Positions 49,101 to 61,099 of a stretch of 64,000 nucleotides of DNA are shown one piece after another. Location: positions 5,766,001 through 5,830,000 of the forward strand of contig CATNEN010000003.1 of the NCBI GenBank assembly GCA_950097015.1. The letters are read 5' to 3'. Made by a program: the position numbers and the translations under genes. A model generated the notes under the pieces. The model ran no database searches and had not been told where the DNA came from. It saw nothing but the letters and a program-made list of their open reading frames with translations. The DNA comes from Macrostomum hystrix. Taxonomy: Eukaryota > Animalia > Platyhelminthes. Numbering within the stretch: the stretch's first letter is position 1; each line of letters opens with the position of its first letter.

Positions 49101-51394
49101 GAGCAAGCCCGTCCACCGCCGCCACTGCCGCCGATTCGGCTGACTACGCCTTCGCCCCTGCAGAGGACGACTTTGCTGCCGCCGAAGTAGAATTTGCTGC
49201 CGGAACCTGCGTTGTCGATGACTGCAGCGACATGTTCGAGACTTTTGACGCCGAAGTCTTCTTGGCGGCCGATGACTGCGACATCATCGAGCCGATCTGC
49301 TCCACCGGGGTTGGCGCTGCGGCCACGAAGAAGATCGCCGCGCCACAGAAACGCAAGGCGCCCAAGGCAGCGTCGAAGGCAGATGCATCAGCCGCAAAGC
49401 GACGGGCGGTGGCCGCTGAGTTTGCGGCCCAAGATCGCCTGAAAGCGGCATCGACGAAGGCGAAGGCGAGCAGCCGCGCCGCCGTTACCGCCGCCTCTGC
49501 CGTGTCGACCACAGGGGCTGCCGCTGCCGCCGCCACCTCGGCCTGTACTGACCCCCTTGCAGGCGCTGCGGCCACGAAGAAGATCACCGCGCCACAGAAA
49601 CGCAAGGCGCCCAAGGCAGCGTCGAAAGCAAATGCGGCAGCCGCAAAGCGGGCGGTGGCCGCTGAGTTTGCGGCCCAAGATCGCCTGAAAGCGGCATCGA
49701 CCAAGGCGAAGGCGAGCAGCCGCGCCGCCGTTACCGCCGCCTCTGCCGTGTCGACCACAGGGGCTGCCGCTGCCGCCGCCACCTCGGCCTGTACTGACCC
49801 CCTTGCAGGCGCTGCGGCCACGAAGAAGATCACCGCGCCACAGAAACGCAAGGCGCCCAAGGCAGCGTCGAAAGCAAATGCGGCAGCCGCAAAGCGGGCG
49901 GTGGCCGCTGAGTTTGCGGCCCAAGATCGCCTGAAAGCGGCATCGACCAAGGCGAAGGCGAGCAGCCGCGCCGCCGTTACCGCCGCCTCTGCCGTGTCGA
50001 CCACAGGGGCTGCCGCTGCCGCCGCCACCTCGGCCTGTACTGACCCCCTTGCAGGCGCTGCGGCCACGAAGAAGATCACCGCGCCACAGAAACGCAAGGC
50101 GCCCAAGGCAGCGTCGAAAGCAAATGCGGCAGCCGCAAAGCGACGGGCGGTGGCCGCTGAGTTTGCAGCCCAAGATCGCCTGAAAGCGGCATCGACCAAG
50201 GCGAAGGCGAGCAGCCGCGCCGCCGTGACAGCCGCCTCTGCCGTGTCGGTCACTGGGGCTGCCGCTGCCGCCGCCACCTCGGCCTGCACCGACTCCGCCT
50301 CCGAGGCCACCGCAGTGGCACACGATGACACCAAGGCGAGCAGCCACGCCGACGTTGCCGCCACCGCCATCGCAACCGACGACGCCGCCCAGGCTGCAGG
50401 CGAGCCAGCTGCCGTCGACACCGCCCAGGCTGCAGGCGAGCCAGCTGCCGTCGACACCGCCCAGGCTGCAGGCGAGCCAGCTGCCGTCGACACCGCCCAG
50501 GCAGCAGGCGAGCCAGCTGCCGTCGACACCGCCCAGGCTGCAGGCGAGCCAGCTGCCGTCGACACCGCCCAGGCTGCAGCCGTCGACACCGCCCATGCTG
50601 CAGGCGAGCCAGCTGCCGTCGACACCGCCCATGCTGCAGGCAAGCCTGCTGCCGTCGACACCGCCAATGCTGCAGGCGAGCCAGCTGCCGTCGACACCGC
50701 TTATGCTGCAGGCAAGCCTGCTGCCGTCGACACCGCCCAGGCTGCAGGCGAGCCAGCTGCCGTCGACACCGCCCAGGCTGCAGGCGAGCCAGCTGCCGTC
50801 GACACCGCCCAGGCAGCAGGCGAGCCAGCTGCCGTCGACACCGCCCAGGCTGCAGGCGAGCCAGCTGCCGTCGACACCGCCCAGGCTGCAGCCGTCGACA
50901 CCGCCCATGCTGCAGGCGAGCCAGCTGCCGTCGACACCGCCCATGCTGCAGGCAAGCCTGCTGCCGTCGACACCGCCCAGGCTGCAGGCGAGCCAGCTGC
51001 CGTCGACAACGCCCAGGCTGCAGGCGAGCCTGCTGCCGTTGACACCGCCCATGCTGCAGGCAAGCCTGCTGCCGTCGACACCGCCCATGCTGCAGGCGAG
51101 CAAGCGGCGGATGGCTACAAGATGGCTGACGTCGTAGTAGCCAAAATTGCGGGCTATTCACCATGGCCAGCTCTTGTATGTCCATCCCCCCGCGGCGGCT
51201 TTATTCTCCGGGGCCAACGAGTGCACGTGGCATTCCTGGAGCCAGGCCGCCCGCGCGCCTGGGTGCCAGTGGCGGATGTCTACCTGTTCACTGGTGAAGC
51301 GCCACAGTGTCAGCCGGCGGAGCTTCAGGAGGCTTACAACGAAGCGCTAAACCTCCTGAAAGTACCTGCACAGCAGCGCTTTGATCTTCAGTAA
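46195..51394 (+). CDS. Tyrosine recombinase fused to two C2H2 zinc fingers (N-term), Lys/Ala-rich repeats and a C-terminal PWWP domain; exons 46195-47144, 47488-47947, 48174-48348, 49083-51394 (~1298 aa)
   Basis: C2H2 fingers 'CPFDGC...HVRKKH' and 'CRFC...HVRRQH'. SAM-like core-binding segment 'YWRSFDGGRYKPSTIRQM'. Catalytic motifs 'NANRQD' (R), 'VADHKS' (K), 'TATKFRK' (HxxR-equivalent), 'LLHSEGVQRRHY' (H, Y). PWWP 'DVVVAKIAGYSPWPALV...VHVAFL...RAWV'. Three GT-AG introns give one open frame (950+460+175+2312 = 3897 nt). Confidence 0.85.
49313..50292 (+). repeat. Coding tandem repeat: 4 x 246-249 bp (82-83 aa Lys/Ala-rich unit containing PQKRKAPK)
   Basis: Unit starts at 49313, 49562, 49808 and 50054. 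Confidence 0.95.
50378..51100 (+). repeat. Coding tandem repeat: ~20 x 36 bp (AAVDTAQAAGEP)
   Basis: Visible in DNA and protein, always in frame. Confidence 0.95.
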
Positions 51395-52016
51395 TTTTTG
51401 GAAGTGACTGGGACAAACTGAGACAAGTGTATAGCTGCTCTATTTTACGCTTCTATTTCTACACTATTATACTATTCTGCTATTTCTACTATAGCAATTG
51501 TAAATTTCCTTAGCATTGTAATGCACAGAAAATGAGTTTTTGTTGCACAAACGATGATTGTGTGTTTGCAATTGGTCAATGTGCAATGCTTCCATTGCGA
51601 AGATGGGAAAGGATGTGACTGATTAAAACTTCACATTTCAAAAAAAAGCGGGTCATCAATTTGAACAGGGCACCAAGAGTCTGCAACAAAATCTCTAACT
51701 GAAATAGTTGCTTGTCGCACAAATTGTGTTTTAATGCAGCTGCTTATATGCTACTTTTACTGCATTTTCTTCACATTTTTTCATTTTAATTTCTACACTA
51801 ATTAGTACAAAATGTACTGCGTTGGCAACGCTTCTTTATGACCACAAGTCAATGACTACTTCTGTGTATGTGCACTCACATTTTACTCCATAATTTGCCA
51901 AACTTGACTTGTGAAAGTCAGCTCACTCTTCGCTAAACAATGCAAAAGTAATTTTTCAAAGCTGTCAAGGAGTGGAAAGACTTCGTCTTTGATCTCAAAA
52001 GTGCTCTTCAATATTT

Positions 52017-55000
52017 ATAGCGGCCCTTTCAGAGCCTTGGAGTGGATGAAAATGGCGATAAAGACTGACCGACAAGACTGAAAGTCCAATCATTGAGACC
52101 ACCTCATCTAATCCATTGCGACAGCCTCATCTAATCCATTGGGACAGCCTCTGGAGACGGCCACATCTAATCCATTGAGACAGCCTCATCCTTTCCATTG
52201 AGACAGCCTCATCTTTTCCATTGAGACCGCCTCATCTAATCCATTGAGACAGCCTCATCTAATCTACTGAGACAGCCTCATCTAATCCATTGAGACAGCC
52301 TCATCTAATCTCTAGAGACAGCCTCATCTAATCCATTGAGACAGCCTCATCTAATCCATTGCGATAGCCTCATCTAATCCATTGAGACAGCCTCATCTAA
52401 TCTCTGGAGACAGCCTCATCAAATCCATTGAGACAGCCTCATCTAATCTCTGGAGACAGCCTCATCTAATCCATTGAGACAGCCTCATCTAATCCATTGA
52501 GACAGCCTTATCTAATCCATTGCGACAGCCTCATCTAATCTCTGGAAACAGCCTCATCTAATCCATTGAGACTGACCTCATCTCTCCACTAACTCAATGG
52601 AAGGGAGGGGTGTCATTTCACCAGTTCCGTTTATCCAATGTTCATGGGGTGTCATTTTAACATTTTCCCATAGAAGCTCGTGTATCAGGTAGCTGGGTGC
52701 TTTTTCAAACCACCTCTCTAACATTCTCTCTCCTCCATTATTCTATTCGCTTTTGCTGTCATTCTACTCTCGCATTTTATATTTCTCATCTAATCCATTT
52801 AGACAGCCTCATCTAATCCATTGAGACAGCCTCATCTAATCCATCGAGACAGCCTCATCTAATCCATTGAGACAGCCTCATCTAATCCATTGAGACAGCC
52901 TCATCTAATCTCTAGAGACAGCCTCATCTAATCCATTGAGACAGCCTCATCTAATCCATTGCAACAGCCTCATCTAATCTCTGGAGACAGCCTCATCTAA
53001 TCTATTGAAACAGCCTCATCCTTTCCATTGAGACAGCCTCATCTTTTTCTTTGAGACCGCCTCATCTAATCTCTGAAGACAGCCTCATCTAATCCATTTA
53101 GACAGCTTCATCTAATCCATTGAGACAGCCTCATCTAATCTCTGGAGACAGCCTCATCTAATCTCTGGAGACAGCCTCATCTAATCCATTGAAACAGCCT
53201 CATCCTTTCCATTGAGACAGCCTCATCTTTTTCATTGAGACCGCCTCATCTAATCCATTGAGACAGCCTCATCTAATCGATTGAGACAGCCTCATCTAAT
53301 CCATTGAGACAGCCTCATCTAATCCATTGAGACAGCCTCATCTAATCCATTGAGACAGCCTAATCTAATCCATTGAGACCGCACTATCTAATTTCTCGAG
53401 ACCGCCACATCTAATCCATTGAGACAGCCTCATCTAATCTATTGAGACAGCCTCATCTAATCCAATGAGACAGCCTTATCTAATCCATTGAGACAGCCTT
53501 ATCTAATCCATTGCGACAGCCTCATCTAATCTCTGGAGACAGCCTTATCTAATCCATTGAGACCGACCTCATCTCTCCACTAACTGAAAGGAAGGGAAGG
53601 GTGTCATTTCACCAGTTTCATATATCCAATGTTCATGGGGTGTCATTTTAACCTTTTCCCATAGAAGCTCGTGTATCAGGTAGCTAAGGTCATTTCACTG
53701 TCTATTAGCTCAATGGAAAATGGGGTGTCATTTCACCGTCTATTAGCTCAATAGAAAATGTGGTGTCATTTCACCAGTTCCATATATCCAATGTTCATGG
53801 GGTGTCATTTTAACCTTTTCCCATTGAAGCTCGTGTATCAGGTAGCTGGGTGCTTTTTCAAACCACCTCTCTAACATTCTCTCTCCTCCATTATTCTATT
53901 CTCTTTTGCCGTCATTCTACTCTCGCATTTTATATTTCTCATCTAATCCATTTAGACAGCCTCATCTAATCCATTGAGACAGCCTCATCTAATCCATTGA
54001 GCCAGCCTCATCTAATCCATTGAGACAGCCTCATCTAATCCATTGAGACAGCCTCATCTAATCCATTGAGACAGCCTAATCTAATCCATTGAGACCGCAC
54101 TATCTAATTTCTCGAGACCGCCACATCTAATCCATTGAGACAGCCTCATCTAATCTATTGAGACAGCCTCATCTAATCCAATGAGACAGCCTTATCTAAT
54201 CCATTGAGACAGCCTTATCTAATCCATTGCGACAGCCTCATCTAATCTCTGGAGACAGCCTTATCTAATCCATTGAGACCGACCTCATCTCTCCACTAAC
54301 TGAAAGGAAGGGAAGGGTGTCATTTCACCAGTTTCATATATCCAATGTTCATGGGGTGTCATTTTAACCTTTTCCCATAGAAGCTCGTGTATCAGGTAGC
54401 TAAGGTCATTTCACTGTCTATTAGCTCAATGGAAAATGGGGTGTCATTTCACCGTCTATTAGCTCAATAGAAAATGTGGTGTCATTTCACCAGTTCCATA
54501 TATCCAATGTTCATGGGGTGTCATTTTAACCTTTTCCCATTGAAGCTCGTGTATCAGGTAGCTATAAGGTCATTTCACTGTCTATTAGCTCAATGGAAAA
54601 TGGGGTGTCATTTCACTGTCTATTAGCTCAATAGAAAATGTGGTGTCATTTCACCAGTTCCATATATCCAATGTTCATGGGGTGTCATTTTAACCTTTTC
54701 CCATTGAAGCTCGTGTATCAGGTAGCTGGGTGCTTTTTCAAACCACCTCTCTAACATTCTCTCTCCTCCATTATTCTATTCTCTTTTGCCGTCATTCTAC
54801 TCTCGCATTTTATATTTCTCATCTAATCCATTTAGACAGCCTCATCTAATCCATTGAGACAGCCTCATCTAATCCATTGAGCCAGCCTCATCTAATCCAT
54901 TGAGACAGCCTCATCTAATCCATTGAGACAGCCTCATCTAATCCATTGAGACAGCCTCATCTAATCCATTGAGACAGACTCATCTAATCCATTGAGACAG

Positions 55001-58000
55001 CCTATCTAATCCATTGAGACAGCCTCATCTAATCCATTGAGACAGCCTCATCTAATCTCTAGAGACAGCCTCATCTAATCTCTAGAGACAGCCTCATCTA
55101 ATCCATTGAGACAGCCTCATCTAATCCATTGAAACAGCCTCATCTAATCTCTGAAGACAGCCTCATCTAATCCATTGAGACAGCCTCATCTAATCGATTG
55201 AGACAGCCTCATCTAATCCATTGAGACAGCCTCATCTAATCCATTGAGACAGCCTCATCTAATCCATTGAGACAGCCTAATCTAATCCATTGAGACCGCA
55301 CCATCTAATTTCTCGAGACCGCCACATCTAATCTATTGAGACAGCCTCATCTAATCCAATGAGACAGCCTTATCTAATCCATTGCGACAGCCTCATCTAA
55401 TCTCTGGAGACAGCCTTATCTAATCCATTGAGACCGACCTCATCTCTCCACTAACTGAAAGGAAGGGAAGGGTGTCATTTCACCAGTTCCGTATATCCAA
55501 TGTTCATGGGGTGTCATTTTAACCTTTTCCCATAGAAGCTCGTGTATCAGGTAGCTAAGGTCATTTCACTGTCTATTAGCTCAATGGAAAATGGGGTGTC
55601 ATTTCACTGTCTATTAGCTCAATAGAAAATGTGGTGTCATTTCACCAGTTCCGTATATCCAATGTTCATGGGGTGTCATTTTAACCTTTTCCCATAGAAG
55701 CTCGTGTATCAGGTAGCTATAAGGTCATTTCACTGTCTATTAGCTCAATGGAAAATGGGGTGTCATTTCACTGTCTATTAGCTCAATAGAAAATGTGGTG
55801 TCATTTCACCAGTTCCGTATATCCAATGTTCATGGGGTGTCATTTTAACCTTTTCCCATTGAAGCTCGTGTATCAGGTAGCTGGGTGCTTTTTCAAACCA
55901 CCTCTCTAACATTCTCTCTCCTCCATTATTCTATTCTCTTTTGCTGTCATTCTACTCTCGCATTTTATATTTCTCATCTAATCCATTTAGACAGCCTCAT
56001 CTAATCCATTGAGACAGCCTCATCTAATCCATTGAGCCAGCCTCATCTAATCCATTGAGACAGCCTCATCTAATCCATTGAGACAGCCTCATCTAATCCA
56101 TTGAGACAGCCTAATCTAATCCATTGAGACCGCACTATCTAATTTCTCGAGACCGCCACATCTAATCCATTGAGACAGCCTCATCTAATCTATTGAGACA
56201 GCCTCATCTAATCCAATGAGACAGCCTTATCTAATCCATTGAGACAGCCTTATCTAATCCATTGCGACAGCCTCATCTAATCTCTGGAGACAGCCTTATC
56301 TAATCCATTGAGACCGACCTCATCTCTCCACTAACTGAAAGGAAGGGAAGGGTGTCATTTCACCAGTTTCATATATCCAATGTTCATGGGGTGTCATTTT
56401 AACCTTTTCCCATAGAAGCTCGTGTATCAGGTAGCTAAGGTCATTTCACTGTCTATTAGCTCAATGGAAAATGGGGTGTCATTTCACCGTCTATTAGCTC
56501 AATAGAAAATGTGGTGTCATTTCACCAGTTCCATATATCCAATGTTCATGGGGTGTCATTTTAACCTTTTCCCATTGAAGCTCGTGTATCAGGTAGCTGG
56601 GTGCTTTTTCAAACCACCTCTCTAACATTCTCTCTCCTCCATTATTCTATTCTCTTTTGCCGTCATTCTACTCTCGCATTTTATATTTCTCATCTAATCC
56701 ATTTAGACAGCCTCATCTAATCCATTGAGACAGCCTCATCTAATCCATTGAGCCAGCCTCATCTAATCCATTGAGACAGCCTCATCTAATCCATTGAGAC
56801 AGCCTCATCTAATCCATTGAGACAGCCTCATCTAATCCATTGAGACAGACTCATCTAATCCGTTGAGACAGCCTATCTAATCCATTGAGACAGCCTCATC
56901 TAATCCATTGAGACAGCCTCATCTAATCTCTAGAGACAGCCTCATCTAATCTCTAGAGACAGCCTCATCTAATCCATTGAGACAGCCTCATCTAATCCAT
57001 TGAAACAGCCTCATCTAATCTCTGAAGACAGCCTCATCTAATCCATTGAGACAGCCTCATCTAATCGATTGAGACAGCCTCATCTAATCCATTGAGACAG
57101 CCTCATCTAATCCATTGAGACAGCCTCATCTAATCCATTGAGACAGCCTAATCTAATCCATTGAGACCGCACCATCTAATTTCTCGAGACCGCCACATCT
57201 AATCTATTGAGACAGCCTCATCTAATCCAATGAGACAGCCTTATCTAATCCATTGCGACAGCCTCATCTAATCTCTGGAGACAGCCTTATCTAATCCATT
57301 GAGACCGACCTCATCTCTCCACTAACTGAAAGGAAGGGAAGGGTGTCATTTCACCAGTTCCGTATATCCAATGTTCATGGGGTGTCATTTTAACCTTTTC
57401 CCATAGAAGCTCGTGTATCAGGTAGCTAAGGTCATTTCACTGTCTATTAGCTCAATGGAAAATGGGGTGTCATTTCACTGTCTATTAGCTCAATAGAAAA
57501 TGTGGTGTCATTTCACCAGTTCCGTATATCCAATGTTCATGGGGTGTCATTTTAACCTTTTCCCATTGAAGCTCGTGTATCAGGTAGCTGGGTGCTTTTT
57601 CAAACCACCTCTCTAACATTCTCTCTCCTCCATTATTCTATTCTCTTTTGCCGTCATTCTACTCTCGCATTTTATATTTCTCATCTAATCCATTTAGACA
57701 GCCTCATCTAATCCATTGAGACAGCCTCATCTAATCCATTGAGCCAGCCTCATCTAATCCATTGAGACAGCCTCATCTAATCCATTGAGACAGCCTCATC
57801 TAATCCATTGAGACAGACTCATCTAATCCATTGAGACAGCCTATCTAATCCATTGAGACAGCCTCATCTAATCCATTGAGACAGCCTCATCTAATCTCTA
57901 GAGACAGCCTCATCTAATCTCTAGAGACAGCCTCATCTAATCCATTGAGACAGCCTCATCTAATCCATTGAAACAGCCTCATCTAATCTCTGAAGACAGC

Positions 58001-59870
58001 CTCATCTAATCCATTGAGACAGCCTCATCTAATCGATTGAGACAGCCTCATCTAATCCATTGAGACAGCCTCATCTAATCCATTGAGACAGCCTCATCTA
58101 ATCCATTGAGACAGCCTAATCTAATCCATTGAGACCGCACCATCTAATTTCTCGAGACCGCCACATCTAATCTATTGAGACAGCCTCATCTAATCCAATG
58201 AGACAGCCTTATCTAATCCATTGCGACAGCCTCATCTAATCTCTGGAGACAGCCTTATCTAATCCATTGAGACCGACCTCATCTCTCCACTAACTGAAAG
58301 GAAGGGAAGGGTGTCATTTCACCAGTTCCGTATATCCAATGTTCATGGGGTGTCATTTTAACCTTTTCCCATAGAAGCTCGTGTATCAGGTAGCTAAGGT
58401 CATTTCACTGTCTATTAGCTCAATGGAAAATGGGGTGTCATTTCACTGTCTATTAGCTCAATAGAAAATGTGGTGTCATTTCACCAGTTCCGTATATCCA
58501 ATGTTCATGGGGTGTCATTTTAACCTTTTCCCATAGAAGCTCGTGTATCAGGTAGCTAAGGTCATTTCACTGTCTATTAGCTCAATGGAAAATGGGGTGT
58601 CATTTCACTGTCTATTAGCTCAATAGAAAATGTGGTGTCATTTCACCAGTTCCGTATATCCAATGTTCATGGGGTGTCATTTTAACCTTTTCCCATAGAA
58701 GCTCGTGTATCAGGTAGCTATAAGGTCATTTCACTGTCTATTAGCTCAATGGAAAATGGGGTGTCATTTCACTGTCTATTAGCTCAATAGAAAATGTGGT
58801 GTCATTTCACCAGTTCCGTATATCCAATGTTCATGGGGTGTCATTTTAACCTTTTCCCATTGAAGCTCGTGTATCAGGTAGCTGGGTGCTTTTTCAAACC
58901 ACCTCTCTAACATTCTCTCTCCTCCATTATTCTATTCTCTTTTGCTGTCATTCTACTCTCGCATTTTATATTTCTCATCTAATCCATTTAGACAGCCTCA
59001 TCTAATCCATTGAGACAGCCTCATCTAATCCATTGAAACAGCCTCATCTAATCTCTGAAGACAGCCTCATCTAATCCATTGAGACAGCCTCATCTAATCG
59101 ATTGAGACAGCCTCATCTAATCCATTGAGACAGCCTCATCTAATCCATTGAGACAGCCTCATCTAATCCATTGAGACAGCCTAATCTAATCCATTGAGAC
59201 CGCACCATCTAATTTCTCGAGACCGCCACATCTAATCTATTGAGACAGCCTCATCTAATCCAATGAGACAGCCTTATCTAATCCATTGCGACAGCCTCAT
59301 CTAATCTCTGGAGACAGCCTTATCTAATCCATTGAGACCGACCTCATCTCTCCACTAACTGAAAGGAAGGGAAGGGTGTCATTTCACCAGTTCCGTATAT
59401 CCAATGTTCATGGGGTGTCATTTTAACCTTTTCCCATAGAAGCTCGTGTATCAGGTAGCTAAGGTCATTTCACTGTCTATTAGCTCAATGGAAAATGGGG
59501 TGTCATTTCACTGTCTATTAGCTCAATAGAAAATGTGGTGTCATTTCACCAGTTCCGTATATCCAATGTTCATGGGGTGTCATTTTAACCTTTTCCCATA
59601 GAAGCTCGTGTATCAGGTAGCTATAAGGTCATTTCACTGTCTATTAGCTCAATGGAAAATGGGGTGTCATTTCACTGTCTATTAGCTCAATAGAAAATGT
59701 GGTGTCATTTCACCAGTTCCGTATATCCAATGTTCATGGGGTGTCATTTTAACCTTTTCCCATTGAAGCTCGTGTATCAGGTAGCTGGGTGCTTTTTCAA
59801 ACCACCTCTCTAACATTCTCTCTCCTCCATTATTCTATTCTCTTTTGCTGTCATTCTAATCTCGCATTTT
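52017..59870 (-). repeat. Right arm: reverse-complement of the left-arm satellite and modules, arranged as ~8 higher-order units
   Basis: (CATTGAGACAGCCTCATCTAATC)n alternating with GGTGTCATTTC modules. The junction motif GACCTCATCTCTCCACTAACT recurs at ~52575, 53565, 54280, 55435, 56315, 57306, 58273 and 59340. Confidence 0.97.
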
Positions 59871-61099
59871 TTATCTTCACTGCTTGATTCGCTCTCTCAT
59901 TGTCTCATTATTTTACTGTCTTCTGCCATTCAGCTCTTCTGTCCCTCTCTCTATCATTCTCTAGCTTCCTGCATCTCTCCCTCGCTCACTCTGCCCTCCT
60001 GGCTCTCCTAGTACAATGTTTAGCGTTCAGTTTGCTGTTTAGGTATATTTGCTACATATGTAATTCATTTAGCTTTTTGATCTGCACTTGCGAGCCACTT
60101 TTGTCAACTCTCATGCTGAGACACGTGCGATTCAAGTTCCAATTCTGTTGATTTTTGCTGAAAGTAGCACAGAGCGTGGTGAAACTCCCTTTTGTGGGTT
60201 TCCCCTCGAAAAAAGTTTTATTGACTGTTTTCAATATTGTTTCATTCCTGACTTGACTCGGTGTCACAATGCAAGTGTCATTTTGCATTTTTGCAAGCGT
60301 GACATATATCCGCTTTGTAGGTGTCACTTTAAAGGTTTGTTAGTGACTATATCCAGGGCAGAAAAAAAATGGGTGTCATTTTAAACGTTTGGTGCACTGC
60401 CCCGTGTGAAGGGGTCCGGGCTTCCAGTGCAATCGAATCCGATGGGAAAGCGACAGAACTCATCTCGAACTACCACAGTCCATTCCCACCGGCCACTGCA
60501 GTCGGCGATGCTGATGTGACAACCTGGGTGAAGATTCTCGCTCCAACCTCGTCAAAACTAAATGCACGTGCTCCGGAATATTAGCTATAATTTGGGCACA
60601 GTTTTACAGTCAGAATCACGCAAACCAAAAACCATATTGGAAAAAGCGGAGCAGAAAAAAGAGGCCAAGAGTGGCTGTCCCAATTCAGCGAACCAACTGG
60701 CAAAAGCTTTAAACACGAAAAACAGAAAATTGAACTTTGCTTCGGCGGATGCAGCAACCGAAGAATTGGAAGTCAGTTAGGAGAAGAAAATAATCCGCCT
60801 AAAGAGTTCTTCTTCTGCTCTACAGTTAGCATCGACCCGCCGGATCGATGGAGCGGATAGAAGTTCATCTGTGCTCATAATTGGAGAATCTTTTGTCACG
60901 CACGGAGTGGCAACGATTAAAGGCCGCATGGCGCCTCCCAATTTGACATATGACACTTGTCATGAAAATTAAATTAAATGACAGCCCGGATAGGGCGACA
61001 GCAGCAGTCAATCTGGCACCAGATGAAGACGGAAGAAAATCGAAGCGCTGCATAAATTTGCAGGAAAGCGGGCTAAGAGGCTGCGCCACGATAAACGCC

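Noticed and set aside
49144-51185. Long antisense and alternative-frame ORFs (517, 571, 311, 270 aa)
   Set aside because: Shadows of GC-rich in-frame coding repeats. Only the + frame has a splice acceptor in phase and a recognisable domain.
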